Below are positions 9,317 through 19,156 of a stretch of DNA of 64,000 nt, one piece after another. The position numbers were made by a program, and so were the translations under genes. The notes beneath the pieces are model-generated. The model was not told where the DNA came from and did not search any database. It saw nothing but the letters and a program-made list of their open reading frames with translations. This stretch comes from Actinomycetota bacterium (lineage in GTDB: Bacteria; Actinomycetota; Acidimicrobiia; Actinomarinales; Actinomarinaceae), in assembly GCA_014384285.1 (NCBI GenBank), contig JACNGE010000011.1, positions 20,617-84,616 on the forward strand, read 5' to 3'. Each line of letters starts with the position of its first letter. The first letter of the stretch is position 1.

Positions 9317-9841
9317 TTACAAACCTAGTGCAAACAACCAACCAACAACAACTGAGATAGGTCCAGTTATCATTCTACTTGTTAGAACGGCTGGAACACC
9401 AATCTCTACTGTTTCCGGTTCTGCCTCACCTAATGCGAGACCTACTGGAACGAAATCACAACCAACTTGTGGGTTGATTGCAAATAATGCCGGCAGTGCC
9501 ATAGAAACATCTACGTTTCCACGTCCAATCTCTGTTCCAACTAGAACACCAACGATTTGAGCTATTACAGCTCCAGGTCCTAGCAATGGTGACAAGAATG
9601 GAATTGAACAAACGATACAGACAAGCATCAAACCAACAAGGTTATTTGCAAATCCTTTAATTCCTTCAGCTATAACATCTCCAACTCCTGTTGAAAGGAT
9701 TAATCCGATAACACCAGCAACGAATGCCATGAATGGAATAATTGTTTGAATACATAGCTGTATAGCATCTCGACCTGCTTGAAATAGTTTTCCAACTACT
9801 CCACCAACAGATCTACCTATTTTTTCAATCATACTTTGCAT
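9317..9841 (-). CDS. PTS glucitol-family EIIC (C-terminal half of SrlE, split)
   Basis: QAGRDAI, IPFMAFV, LSPLLGPGAVIAQ, ALPALFAIN.QVGCDFVPVGL. Confidence 0.9.
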   Translation of the reverse strand: MQSMIEKIGRSVGGVVGKLFQAGRDAIQLCIQTIIPFMAFVAGVIGLILSTGVGDVIAEGIKGFANNLVGLMLVCIVCSIPFLSPLLGPGAVIAQIVGVLVGTEIGRGNVDVSMALPALFAINPQVGCDFVPVGLALGEAEPETVEIGVPAVLTSRMITGPISVVVGWLFALGL

Positions 9842-10383
9842 TATTCAGCACCGACCTTTCTTGAAGACATTATTGAATAAATGATGTCAGTTGTGACACC
9901 TCTAATCAAAATAACGACAAGCCCAGCAAGTAAATATCTTACTGCTAAAGGCGTTACTAATTCTGGAGCCGCAATCTCAACTCCAGCAGCAATTCCTAAC
10001 CATACGAATAACTCTCCACCATTTGCATGTGGAAATATTCCCGTAATTGGATGAACAAAACTAACTGCAGCATCATAGAATGCTGGTTTGTTTTTTTCTG
10101 GTAAAAAAGTACCGAATGTATAGCAAACTGGGTTTGTCAGCATAAACACAGCTACAAAAGGTAGCAATGTATATCGAACTGGAACATACATCCAGCCCTC
10201 CTGAGCAGCCCACTTGGCAAAGTTTTCAACCTTATCTTCACCAATGAATTTGACCAATGCATTTACTGCGGTCAAAAACACCACTATCAACGGGATAATA
10301 CCAGTAGTCAAGCTGACAAATACATCTGCTGATGTTCTAAAAACACCAATAAACGCATCGGCCATACTAACTAATGTGTCCAT
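9841..10383 (-). CDS. srlA: PTS glucitol/sorbitol-family EIIC2
   Basis: TNP..YTFG.FLPE..KPAFYDAAVSFVHP.TG.FPHAN.GELFVWLGIA. Confidence 0.92.
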   Translation of the reverse strand: MDTLVSMADAFIGVFRTSADVFVSLTTGIIPLIVVFLTAVNALVKFIGEDKVENFAKWAAQEGWMYVPVRYTLLPFVAVFMLTNPVCYTFGTFLPEKNKPAFYDAAVSFVHPITGIFPHANGGELFVWLGIAAGVEIAAPELVTPLAVRYLLAGLVVILIRGVTTDIIYSIMSSRKVGAE

Positions 10384-10404
10384 TTTTCCCCCTTCTTTAT
10401 ATTT

Positions 10405-10782
10405 CTAATTAGAAACACTCTCTGAATCCTCATTAATTTTTTTAATTAATGTATTTGCAGCCATGGCCGCAGCATCATTAAGTGGATCTTTTCCGCCAGA
10501 GTCCGAAAACTCTGACAAACTTTTGTTAATCATCTCTGTAACTTGTTGTCCTTTTGCAAAAACTGTTGTTCCTTTGAGTGTTATAGCGTCGACTATAATT
10601 TTTTGAGGATTGGCAGACATGGCTAGATAAACTCTTTTTCTTCCCCATTTGGGCTGATTGGTACCTATAGCAACAGTTAAATTTTCACCGTGTAGTTCTT
10701 TTACAACATTCATAAAACTTACTGCTTGTTTTTTTGCAAGCTGCATTTGTAGAACCCACATACCAGCAAGTCCTAAAAACAA
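10405..10782 (-). CDS. gutM: GutM-family glucitol operon regulator (start uncertain)
   Basis: W.LQ..L...Q, LKG.TVFAK motif; first gene of the srl cluster. Confidence 0.7.
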   Translation of the reverse strand: MFLGLAGMWVLQMQLAKKQAVSFMNVVKELHGENLTVAIGTNQPKWGRKRVYLAMSANPQKIIVDAITLKGTTVFAKGQQVTEMINKSLSEFSDSGGKDPLNDAAAMAANTLIKKINEDSESVSN

Positions 10783-10935
10783 AGCTCCTAATGCAATAGG
10801 TGATTCTAAAATAATTAATTTCCCTTACTACTTAATTACATTCTATATTCAAAGAGTTTTGGTTTGCAATTTTTACAAGTAAAAATTTAATTTTAGATAT
10901 AACGGCTTAGAAGAATGGTGCTAAGTAGATGTGTC

Positions 10936-11628
10936 CTATTCTTGAGTAATTATTTTTTCTAATTCAAATATATCCTCAATAAAAGTTACTTTCATATTTT
11001 TTGGGTCTCCAGGGACAATCACTGCCTCACGACCTACATATTTGGAGACGCACTCTGTAGTATCGACGGCCTGCCAGTTATCTAATTTTGCTAATTCATA
11101 AGATTTCCACAATTCATCTGCTGGGAATATTTGAGGAGTTTGTATTTCAACAATGGTTTCATCTTCAGAATGATCTGAATTGGAACCTTTTTTTAAAGAA
11201 ATATTTTTTGAGTTAAAACCGGGTGCTGAAGCTCCGTTTTTTCTAGCGACATCGATTAATTCATCTAGTAAATAAGAAGGTAATAAAGGTCTGGCTCCAT
11301 CATGGATTAAAATTAAATCATCTTCTGATACGTTTCCAGAATTTTTAAGGTACATAAGACCCTCATACTCACTGTCATGCCTAGTTTTTCCCCCTACTGT
11401 TACACCCACTAATTTTTCAGTGTCGACAAGCTCAATAACCCTATTTGTTTTTTCCCAATCTTCTTCACGAATTACAAGAAGTATTGAATCTACATCTTCA
11501 GATTTCTCTAGAGTTTCAAGAGGCCAACAGAGTGCAGGTTTTCTTCCAATTGGAAAATACACTTTGTTTTCTTCATCAGTAAATCTATGACTTGAGCCGC
11601 CAGCTAATAATATTGCATGAGTTTTCAT
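10936..11628 (-). CDS. IspD/TarI-family cytidylyltransferase
   Basis: LLAGGSS.RF, GG.TR.DS, LIHDGARP, IQTPQ.F, NMKVT. Confidence 0.88.
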   Translation of the reverse strand: MKTHAILLAGGSSHRFTDEENKVYFPIGRKPALCWPLETLEKSEDVDSILLVIREEDWEKTNRVIELVDTEKLVGVTVGGKTRHDSEYEGLMYLKNSGNVSEDDLILIHDGARPLLPSYLLDELIDVARKNGASAPGFNSKNISLKKGSNSDHSEDETIVEIQTPQIFPADELWKSYELAKLDNWQAVDTTECVSKYVGREAVIVPGDPKNMKVTFIEDIFELEKIITQE

Positions 11629-13256
11629 ATATTTAAGTCGCTTAATAATTCTCTAACTTCTTTGCTATTTTTTGATTTAAGAATTTTAAGCTTTAGTTCA
11701 TTTGTATCAAAAGAATTTAGATTAATCAATTTATCATAAACAAATGGTGCTGCCGACGGTGACATACTGAATTTGCGCAACCCTAAAATATACAAAACCA
11801 CAGCTGCATCTGGATCAGAGGCCATCTCTCCACATACAGAAACTTCTTTATTGGTTGATTCTCCAACTTTGAAAACATTTTCTAGAACCCTAAGAATTGC
11901 GGGATGTAGTGGGTCTTGGTATTCAAATAGACTGGGGTTGCCTCTATCAGCTGCCATTATGTATTGAGTTAAGTCATTGGTGCCAATTGAGAAGAAGTCT
12001 ACATACTCAGAAAAATCTTCTACGAGTATTGTTGACGATGGGGTTTCTATCATTATTCCAACTTCCGGAACTTTTTTATTTAAATTTTTAGCGATCTCTA
12101 AAATTATATTTTTACTTTTTATAAAATCTTCGATAGTTGAAATCATAGGGAACATTATTTTTACACGATCTGCATCTTTAGAAGTAAGGATTGACTCGAT
12201 TTGTGTTCTAAATAGTTCTTCAATTTGAAGCGAAAGACGTATTCCCCTAACTCCTAAAAAAGGGTTTTCTTCAACCGGTAAGCTTAAATAAGCTACTTGT
12301 TTATCTCCACCTATGTCAAGTGTCCTATAAGTTATTGTTCCAGTAAACTTTTGTTGTATTTTTTCTAGTATCTCTTTTTGTTCATCAACCGTAGGAATTG
12401 ATGACCTGTCTAAATAAATAAACTCAGACCGGAACAATCCTATAGAATTTAAAAAATCGTGATTGAAAGACTCAATCTCTTCATTAGAGCCTACATTGAT
12501 TAAAAACTCAAAATCTTGTTCTTTGTATGAAGATTCCGTAAAGTTAGTTCTTATCTCTTCTTCGCGTTTTTTATTTTTGTTCATCGTCTCTATAACTTTT
12601 TTATCTGGATTTATAATCAACTCTCCACTTGATCCATCTAATGCAATTAGGTCTTCGTTCATTATTTCTTCAATACCTTTTCCAACACCAATAACACACG
12701 GTATACCCAAATTTTTTGCTACGATCACGGCATGAGAAGTTGGGCCACCATCTTTTAGAATAATTCCTACTACATTTCCCAGATTCATAGAAGAGGTGTC
12801 TGCGGGAGTTAAATCATCTGCAACAAGTATTGAATTTTCACTTAGATTAACTTTTATCTCTTTTTCCTGCATTGTGTTTATTAGATGTTTGCCAACTGAG
12901 AGAATGTCTTCTGCTCTCTGTTTAAAATATTCATCTTCCATACTTGCCAATATCTTGGCACTCGAATCAAATATACTGTATACCTCTTTAACAGATGCTT
13001 GATTGTCAGCTGTCACTTGTCCTGTGATTTCAGGATCTTGAAGTATTAATGTATAAGCATCTAAGACATCTGCTTCTTCTATTCTGTCATTATCTTTGAA
13101 GGTTTTAATTTGTGATTCGAATTTAGAAATAAGTTTTGTAACAGCCTCTTGAAATATTATCTTTCCGTTGGTGTCTAGGTCAACATTATTTATATACACA
13201 TAAGCTTTACCAATTGAACTTCCAATTGAGACACCATTTCCATTAACACTTTTCAT
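11625..13256 (-). CDS. ptsI: PTS enzyme I
   Basis: GGPTSHAVI (phospho-His), GLFRSEF, RTLDIGGDK, NPFLGVRGIR, FSIGTNDLTQY, VCGEMA. Confidence 0.96.
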   Translation of the reverse strand: MKSVNGNGVSIGSSIGKAYVYINNVDLDTNGKIIFQEAVTKLISKFESQIKTFKDNDRIEEADVLDAYTLILQDPEITGQVTADNQASVKEVYSIFDSSAKILASMEDEYFKQRAEDILSVGKHLINTMQEKEIKVNLSENSILVADDLTPADTSSMNLGNVVGIILKDGGPTSHAVIVAKNLGIPCVIGVGKGIEEIMNEDLIALDGSSGELIINPDKKVIETMNKNKKREEEIRTNFTESSYKEQDFEFLINVGSNEEIESFNHDFLNSIGLFRSEFIYLDRSSIPTVDEQKEILEKIQQKFTGTITYRTLDIGGDKQVAYLSLPVEENPFLGVRGIRLSLQIEELFRTQIESILTSKDADRVKIMFPMISTIEDFIKSKNIILEIAKNLNKKVPEVGIMIETPSSTILVEDFSEYVDFFSIGTNDLTQYIMAADRGNPSLFEYQDPLHPAILRVLENVFKVGESTNKEVSVCGEMASDPDAAVVLYILGLRKFSMSPSAAPFVYDKLINLNSFDTNELKLKILKSKNSKEVRELLSDLNI

Positions 13257-13330
13257 TATTTCATCAAGTTACACGGAAAAAAAGCTTTTTGCAATGTTGG
13301 ATTACTTCAAAACAACATTATTTTTATTGT

Positions 13331-13795
13331 ATGAAATATTTACTTCTTAATTTTAAAGAAACCCCTACATATGGTTGGGTTGAATACTCAAAAGACAAAG
13401 GATTAATTAAATCTGAGGAGAAGGATTTTACAAATTTAAATGAAATTATGAATCTTATGAATCATGAAACTTGTGTAATTATTGATGAACTTGCGACAGA
13501 TGAACCGACACTTTCAATTTCTCTTGAAAATATACTTAAGTCAGACTATTCAATAACAACTCAGAAAGTTACTAATGCAATCAAAAGAATAAACTCTTCA
13601 GGAAAAGTAATAAAACACTTAGATCGAGATAACTATCAAAGATTATCAACTCCAATTAAAGCTAACAGAGAATCAATAAAAAAATATTTTGAAGAGTATT
13701 CTGATTGGGATTTTGAAAAATACTTAAAATTAAACAACCACTCTTATAAAGATTATCAAACCTTTGAAGCTGGTTTAATCCTAGAATCAAAATAA
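13331..13795 (+). CDS. Hypothetical protein
   Basis: Open frame; likely ATG at 13331 (MKYLLL); no family recognised. Confidence 0.55.
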   Translation: MKYLLLNFKETPTYGWVEYSKDKGLIKSEEKDFTNLNEIMNLMNHETCVIIDELATDEPTLSISLENILKSDYSITTQKVTNAIKRINSSGKVIKHLDRDNYQRLSTPIKANRESIKKYFEEYSDWDFEKYLKLNNHSYKDYQTFEAGLILESK

Positions 13796-14607
13796 ATCTG
13801 ACCAATACCTACAAAAACAACCAAAATAAATCCTACTGATTGCCTTAGAGTGAGTGTCTCGCTTAGTAAAATAGCTCCTAATACAACTCCTGTTACAGGT
13901 TCTAAATAGGAGATTGTACTCACTGCTATAGGTTTAATTATTTTCACAACATACCAATAAGTCATGAGTCCCACGCCAGTCAAAAAGAATCCAAGAAACA
14001 TACTTACCTCAATATTTTTAACTAACCAATCTTTAGATTCATAAGTAAAGTTAATAAGAATTAAGGCAGCAACTAAAAGTTGTGCAAATGCAACCTTAAG
14101 ACCTCCAAGCTTAGAGCTATACGATTCTCCAATAGTAATTATTAAAGACAAGCTTATTGCACTTACTAATCCATAAATAACTCCTTCGAGAGACTTTATG
14201 TTTGAAATATCTAAAAGATTATATAGACCAAAAAAGCCTCCACATATTAAAGCTACTTGATATACCTTTGGTTTATTTCCTCGTAAAAATTCAATTAAAA
14301 GTACGAAAAGGGGATATGAAAAGACAAGTCCAATTCCAACTGCAATTGAATTCAACTCTATAGATTCAAACATTGTTACCCAGTGAATAGCTAAGAGGGG
14401 TCCTAGAATCAATCCTGGTTTAAGCAATTCTTTTAGATTAAAGTCTTTTCTGATTACTAAAGTGGACAAAAATAGTGTTCCTAAAAAAGTCCTAATCCCA
14501 ACCAGTCCGATGGAAGAAATATCAGAGGTTCTTATTATTAATGGAATCGTTCCCCAAGAAATAGCCAATAGTACTATTCCTGAATAGGCTTTGATTGTTG
14601 GGTTCAT
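13756..14607 (-). CDS. DMT/EamA family transporter
   Basis: About ten TM segments, SWG, YLEPV motif. Confidence 0.85.
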   Translation of the reverse strand: MNPTIKAYSGIVLLAISWGTIPLIIRTSDISSIGLVGIRTFLGTLFLSTLVIRKDFNLKELLKPGLILGPLLAIHWVTMFESIELNSIAVGIGLVFSYPLFVLLIEFLRGNKPKVYQVALICGGFFGLYNLLDISNIKSLEGVIYGLVSAISLSLIITIGESYSSKLGGLKVAFAQLLVAALILINFTYESKDWLVKNIEVSMFLGFFLTGVGLMTYWYVVKIIKPIAVSTISYLEPVTGVVLGAILLSETLTLRQSVGFILVVFVGIGQIYFDSRIKPASKV

Positions 14608-15963
14608 TTACTCAGATTGTTTTGAGTAATTTGAAAAAGTAGTATATTCCTTGCTGAAATAAAGATCTACCTTCCCTGTAGAGCCTGATCTGTTTTTAAC
14701 AATATTGATTTCTGCAACACCTGGTTTTTCAGTCGCGGGATTGTAATAGTCGTCTCTATAAATCATCATGACAATATCAGCATCTTGTTCGATTGCTCCA
14801 GACTCTCTTAAGTCTCCAAGTCTTGGTCTTTTATCTTCCCTTTGCTCTGCAGCTCTGTTTAATTGTGATAGCGCAATAATCGGTACTTTTAACTCTCTAG
14901 CTAGATTCTTTAGGTTTCTGCTGATTTCAGCAATTTCTTGTTGTCTGTTGTCTCCAGAGTTACCTTGCATAAGCTGAATATAGTCAACAACTATCAAGTC
15001 TAAACTTTTAGAAGCTTTTAACCTTCTAGATTTTGCTCTAATGTCAGTAACAGTAATTACTGATGCATCATCAAAATAAAGGGGCATAGAGTTAACTTTT
15101 GAAGCAGCCTCAACTACTCTTGACCATTTTTCAGGACCAAGTTGTCCTTTTCTTGCATCACCAGATGCAACTTTGGCCTCGGAAAACAATACTCTTTGAA
15201 CTAGCTCTTCTTTAGTCATCTCAAGCGAGAAAATTGCCACTGTCTTTTTTTCCTTTGCAGCATTTGTTGCAATATTAAGTGCTAAAGATGATTTACCCAT
15301 GCTTGGTCGAGCAGCAATAATAACCAAATTACCATCTTGTAAACCGGCTAAAGTATTATCCAAATCAACAAAATGTGTTGGAAGACCAGAAAGTCCCGTT
15401 CCTTGATTTTCTATTTCTTCAATCTGTTCGATTGCTTCATTTAAAAAATCAGATACCCCAATTAAGCCATCTCCGATTGCGTCGTCTGAAGCGTTAAATA
15501 TTGACTGTTCTGCTTCATCCATGACAGAGGATATTTCTTTGTCCAGAGCATATGCCAGAAGCTCAATTCTTCCACTTGCTTTCAAAAGCTTTCTTCTGTT
15601 GGAGTGTTCTAATACAATTTCTATATATCTTTCGAAGTTGGCTGAACTAGGTACATTCTCAACTAACCTTGCTATATATGAAGCGTTTAAACTTGTTGTA
15701 TTTTTGCTCTTAAATACAATTTCAGAAACCGTAACGCTGTCTATGGGTTTTCCAGAGTCAAACAACTCTTTCATAGCCTCAAATATTTTTTCGTTATTTG
15801 GACTATAAAAATCACCTGGTTTTACTGCCTCCATTAATCTGTTTGAGGCATCTCTTGATAAAAGTGCGCTGCCTAAAAGAGCTTCTTCAGCTTCAATACT
15901 ATTTGGAGGGGCTTTTTGTACTCCTAGTGAATCTCTGGATGAAACTGCTTCTGGTCCAGCCAT
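14608..15963 (-). CDS. dnaB: Replicative DNA helicase
   Basis: AARPSMGKS Walker A, FSLEM, VDYIQLM, LSQLNR, DLRESGAIEQDAD. Confidence 0.98.
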   Translation of the reverse strand: MAGPEAVSSRDSLGVQKAPPNSIEAEEALLGSALLSRDASNRLMEAVKPGDFYSPNNEKIFEAMKELFDSGKPIDSVTVSEIVFKSKNTTSLNASYIARLVENVPSSANFERYIEIVLEHSNRRKLLKASGRIELLAYALDKEISSVMDEAEQSIFNASDDAIGDGLIGVSDFLNEAIEQIEEIENQGTGLSGLPTHFVDLDNTLAGLQDGNLVIIAARPSMGKSSLALNIATNAAKEKKTVAIFSLEMTKEELVQRVLFSEAKVASGDARKGQLGPEKWSRVVEAASKVNSMPLYFDDASVITVTDIRAKSRRLKASKSLDLIVVDYIQLMQGNSGDNRQQEIAEISRNLKNLARELKVPIIALSQLNRAAEQREDKRPRLGDLRESGAIEQDADIVMMIYRDDYYNPATEKPGVAEINIVKNRSGSTGKVDLYFSKEYTTFSNYSKQSE

Positions 15964-16415
15964 TATTTTGTTTCAGGAACTATTTCTAAAGTCACGTCAA
16001 AACTAACGTCGGCACTTAATCTGATGTTTACTGTGTGTAAACCAATTTCTTTAACCTGGTTTTCTAAAATAACCTGGTTTTCTTCTAATTTAAAAGTTGA
16101 AAACTTTTCAATTGATTCAATTATCTGTGCATTTGTTACAGCTGCATACAGAGTTCCTTCATCTGTTGAATTTTGAGCTATAACTAAGTGTGCATCAGCC
16201 AAAGCTTGTTGAATAGAGTCTGCAAGTTCACTGCTCTCTTCAAGCACTGAATGTCTCTTTTCTTGCATTCTTTCAGCAACCGTTACATTTTTTGCAGTAG
16301 CTACCATTGCCAGATTTTTTGGTATTAAATAATTACGTGCATAACCTTTTGCAACGTCAACGATATCTCCTTTTCGGCCCAGTTTTGATATATCTTCGTT
16401 GAGTATTAACTTCAT
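15963..16415 (-). CDS. rplI: 50S ribosomal protein L9
   Basis: LG..GD.VDVA.GYARNYLIP; canonical rpsF-ssb-rpsR-rplI-dnaB order. Confidence 0.97.
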   Translation of the reverse strand: MKLILNEDISKLGRKGDIVDVAKGYARNYLIPKNLAMVATAKNVTVAERMQEKRHSVLEESSELADSIQQALADAHLVIAQNSTDEGTLYAAVTNAQIIESIEKFSTFKLEENQVILENQVKEIGLHTVNIRLSADVSFDVTLEIVPETK

Positions 16416-16702
16416 CGTCGGTTATAGGATTGTTTGTAAGTACTTGTTGTGACATAAGGAAGAAGAGCAAGCTCTCTGGCAACCTTTACAAGTCGTGCTA
16501 CTTTTGCCTGTTCTTGTTTTGTAATCCCAGTGATTAAGCTTGAACGAATTTTTCCTCTATCTGATATAAATTTTTCTAGAAGCTTCACATCTTTATACGT
16601 TGCTCTTGAAATTTGTTCTTTAGTTACTCTCCTTTGTTTAGGTGCTTCATATTTTGAAGCCTTAAACTTTGGAGCTCTTTTTTGACCTTGTGCTTGTCCC
16701 AT
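16412..16702 (-). CDS. rpsR: 30S ribosomal protein S18 (no Zn-binding Cys)
   Basis: YKDV.LL.KFISDRGKI...TG, ARELALLPY. Confidence 0.95.
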   Translation of the reverse strand: MGQAQGQKRAPKFKASKYEAPKQRRVTKEQISRATYKDVKLLEKFISDRGKIRSSLITGITKQEQAKVARLVKVARELALLPYVTTSTYKQSYNRR

Positions 16703-16713
16703 TTACATACCTC

Positions 16714-17139
16714 CTAAAATGGTGCTTCGTTTTCTTCGAAATTATCTCTTGCTTTAGGCATATCTGAAGATCCTGAAGAACTTGAATCCACACTTGCTGT
16801 TGCCCACTTTAGAGCTGGTCCGATTTCATCAATCACAATGGAGACTTTTGATCGATTTCCACCTTGCTGGTCTTCCCAAGTTGAGTAATTAAGTTTTCCA
16901 ACAATTATTACTCTCATACCTTTTGTTAAAGATGAACTTACATTTTCAGCTTGTTGTCCAAAAACTACACCGCTGAAGTATTGTGGGTCATCATCAACAT
17001 TTACCCATTCACCATCCGTAAATCTTCGTTTTTTAGGTCCTGCAAAGTTGATATCAAGGACTGACATTCCCGAATTTGTTGTTCTTAGTTCAGGATCCAT
17101 TGTTATGGTTCCAACTATTGTTACTGTATTATCTACCAT
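16714..17139 (-). CDS. ssb: Single-stranded DNA-binding protein
   Basis: DPELR.T.SG OB-fold start, AENV..SL.KG.RV, acidic tail ending APF. Confidence 0.95.
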   Translation of the reverse strand: MVDNTVTIVGTITMDPELRTTNSGMSVLDINFAGPKKRRFTDGEWVNVDDDPQYFSGVVFGQQAENVSSSLTKGMRVIIVGKLNYSTWEDQQGGNRSKVSIVIDEIGPALKWATASVDSSSSGSSDMPKARDNFEENEAPF

Positions 17140-17149
17140 GTTTATACCT

Positions 17150-17437
17150 CTAGCTTTCCATCTTTAAGACTTTGTGTCTAATCACATCATCAGATATTTT
17201 TAGCACTCTATCAAGTTCACTTGGCACTGTTGGAGGTGCTTCAAAGGTTGTTATAGAATAGATACCTTCATTAAAAGTTTCTATTTGATAGGCTAGTTTT
17301 CTCTTTTGCCATACAGCTTGCTCTGAAATTGAACCACCATTAGTAGTAATAATTTCAGTTATACTTTTGTGGATTTCTTCAACAAGACTGTCGTCTGCTG
17401 TTGGTCTAACAATTGAGACCAAGTCATATTTAGTCAT
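17150..17437 (-). CDS. rpsF: 30S ribosomal protein S6
   Basis: W.KRKLAYQI, EGIY, ELDR.L.I.DDVIRH; start at MTKYD after AGGAG. Confidence 0.95.
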   Translation of the reverse strand: MTKYDLVSIVRPTADDSLVEEIHKSITEIITTNGGSISEQAVWQKRKLAYQIETFNEGIYSITTFEAPPTVPSELDRVLKISDDVIRHKVLKMES

Positions 17438-17442
17438 TTTTT

Positions 17443-17483
17443 CTCCTATGGACACTTGTACGTGGCTTCTTTTGAAGCAGGTA
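17443..17483 (-). promoter_or_regulatory. Probable S6:S18 ribosomal leader
   Basis: Minus strand ACCUGCUUC-AAAA-GAAGC-CAC...GUG-UCCAUAGGAG; 5' CCU can pair with the AGG of the SD; position matches known rpsF leaders. Confidence 0.45.
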
Positions 17484-17508
17484 CTTACAATGTAATACTA
17501 GAAATGGC

Positions 17509-18372
17509 TTATGACAGAATTTTTTTAATTTCTTTTTTCCATTCTTCAAGGGATTCTTGCAAATCTGCCCCCATGGCATAAGAATGATTTTCTGTTGGAA
17601 ATTTTTTATTTTGTACTTCTGACTTATAACTCTTGAGTGCTTCTACGGTATCCTCATATTGTTTGGAGTACCTTTTCACAAATTTAGCATCTACATATTC
17701 CTTTGATTTCATTCCTAATATGTCATGTAAGACAAGTACTTGTCCATCTGTTGATTTTCCAGCACCAATTCCTATTGTTGGTATTTCAAGTGCTTCAGAT
17801 ATAGATTCAGCAACTATAGATGGAACACCTTCAAGGACCATTGAAAAACAGCCTAGTTCTTGTATGAGAAGTGCATCTTCAAACAATTTCTTTGCTAGCT
17901 CGAGAGTTTTACCTTGTACTTTGTAGCCTCCCATCATATTTTTAGACTGGGGAGTTAGTCCTAAGTGACCCATCACTGGTATTTCTGCATTTACCAAAGC
18001 TTGAATAGTCTCTCTTCTCTTTGATCCGCCTTCAACTTTAACGGCATCAGCTTTTCCTATTTGAATAAACTTAGCTGCATTTCTCAATGTGTCCGCTAAA
18101 TCTACGTGATAGGACATATATGGCATATCTGCAACTACGAGGGGCTTAGGTTTTGCATTAGTTACAGCTTTTACATGATGCAACATTTCTTCAACCGTGA
18201 CAGAAAGAGTATCTTCATGACCTAAGACAACTTGAGCAAGTGAGTCTCCAACTAAAATGATATCAATATCTGCTTCTGAGGCTGCTTTTGCTGAGGGATA
18301 ATCATATGCAGTAACCATAGAGATGATTTCTTTATTTTTTAAATTTACAATATAAGGTACTGTTTTTTTCAC
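17509..18372 (-). CDS. panB: 3-methyl-2-oxobutanoate hydroxymethyltransferase
   Basis: MVTAYDY, ILVGDSL, AVKVEGG, GHLGLTPQ, TIGIGAG..DGQVLV.HD. Confidence 0.97.
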   Translation of the reverse strand: MKKTVPYIVNLKNKEIISMVTAYDYPSAKAASEADIDIILVGDSLAQVVLGHEDTLSVTVEEMLHHVKAVTNAKPKPLVVADMPYMSYHVDLADTLRNAAKFIQIGKADAVKVEGGSKRRETIQALVNAEIPVMGHLGLTPQSKNMMGGYKVQGKTLELAKKLFEDALLIQELGCFSMVLEGVPSIVAESISEALEIPTIGIGAGKSTDGQVLVLHDILGMKSKEYVDAKFVKRYSKQYEDTVEALKSYKSEVQNKKFPTENHSYAMGADLQESLEEWKKEIKKILS

Positions 18373-18517
18373 TTTTTCCTCTCTCCGCTTTAAAAGTCGA
18401 AGGATTATTCTAATTTTATTATTTTTGTCTAATTAAGCAACTCTTTATTTACAAACTAAAGCAATTATTATTTTTTGTAGTTTACGATACGAATTATTAT
18501 CCAATAACATTCTTTAT

Positions 18518-19156
18518 ATGAAGTTTTTAAAAATCACACTCTTATTAATATTGATATCATGCACAGCAACAGCAGAAACTGCTGAGGAAGAGATAACTAT
18601 GAAAACCCAAAATGATGAATTGAATAATACTGAAAACCAAAAAGCATATTTTGCTGGTGGGTGTTTTTGGTGTATGGAGCCACCATTCGAAGCATTGGAA
18701 GGTGTTCTTGGTGCAACTTCTGGGTACATGGGTGGAACAATGGATAATCCGACTTATGAAGATGTTGTAACTGGCGAAACAGGACATGCTGAGGTTGTCG
18801 AAATATTGTATGATCCAAACGTTGTGTCTTATGAAGAATTACTTGAAGTGTTTTGGAGAAACATTGATCCAACTGCTTTAAATTATCAGTTTGCAGATGT
18901 AGGTTCTCAATATAGAACTGAAATTTTCACTGTAGGAGAAAATCAAATGCAGTTGGCAGAAACATCAAAGAAAGAATTGGGAGATTCAGGAAAGTTTGAC
19001 AAACCAATTGTTACTGCAATCTCAGCTGCCCCGATGTTTTATATTGCTGAAGAATATCATCAAGATTTCTATAAAAAGCAGGCTATGCGTTATGAGATGT
19101 ACGCAAAGGCAAGTGGACGAAAAGGGTATATTGAGGAAACTTGGGGTAATGACTAG
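18518..19156 (+). CDS. msrA: Peptide methionine sulfoxide reductase A with lipoprotein-like signal peptide
   Basis: FAGGCFWCME, GHAEVV, AEEYHQDFY; LISC lipobox-like N-terminus. Confidence 0.93.
   Translation: MKFLKITLLLILISCTATAETAEEEITMKTQNDELNNTENQKAYFAGGCFWCMEPPFEALEGVLGATSGYMGGTMDNPTYEDVVTGETGHAEVVEILYDPNVVSYEELLEVFWRNIDPTALNYQFADVGSQYRTEIFTVGENQMQLAETSKKELGDSGKFDKPIVTAISAAPMFYIAEEYHQDFYKKQAMRYEMYAKASGRKGYIEETWGND

Noticed and set aside
18373..18410. pan RNA motif upstream of panB
   Set aside because: Only a weak CCTTCG/CGGAG pairing; the characteristic structure could not be built.
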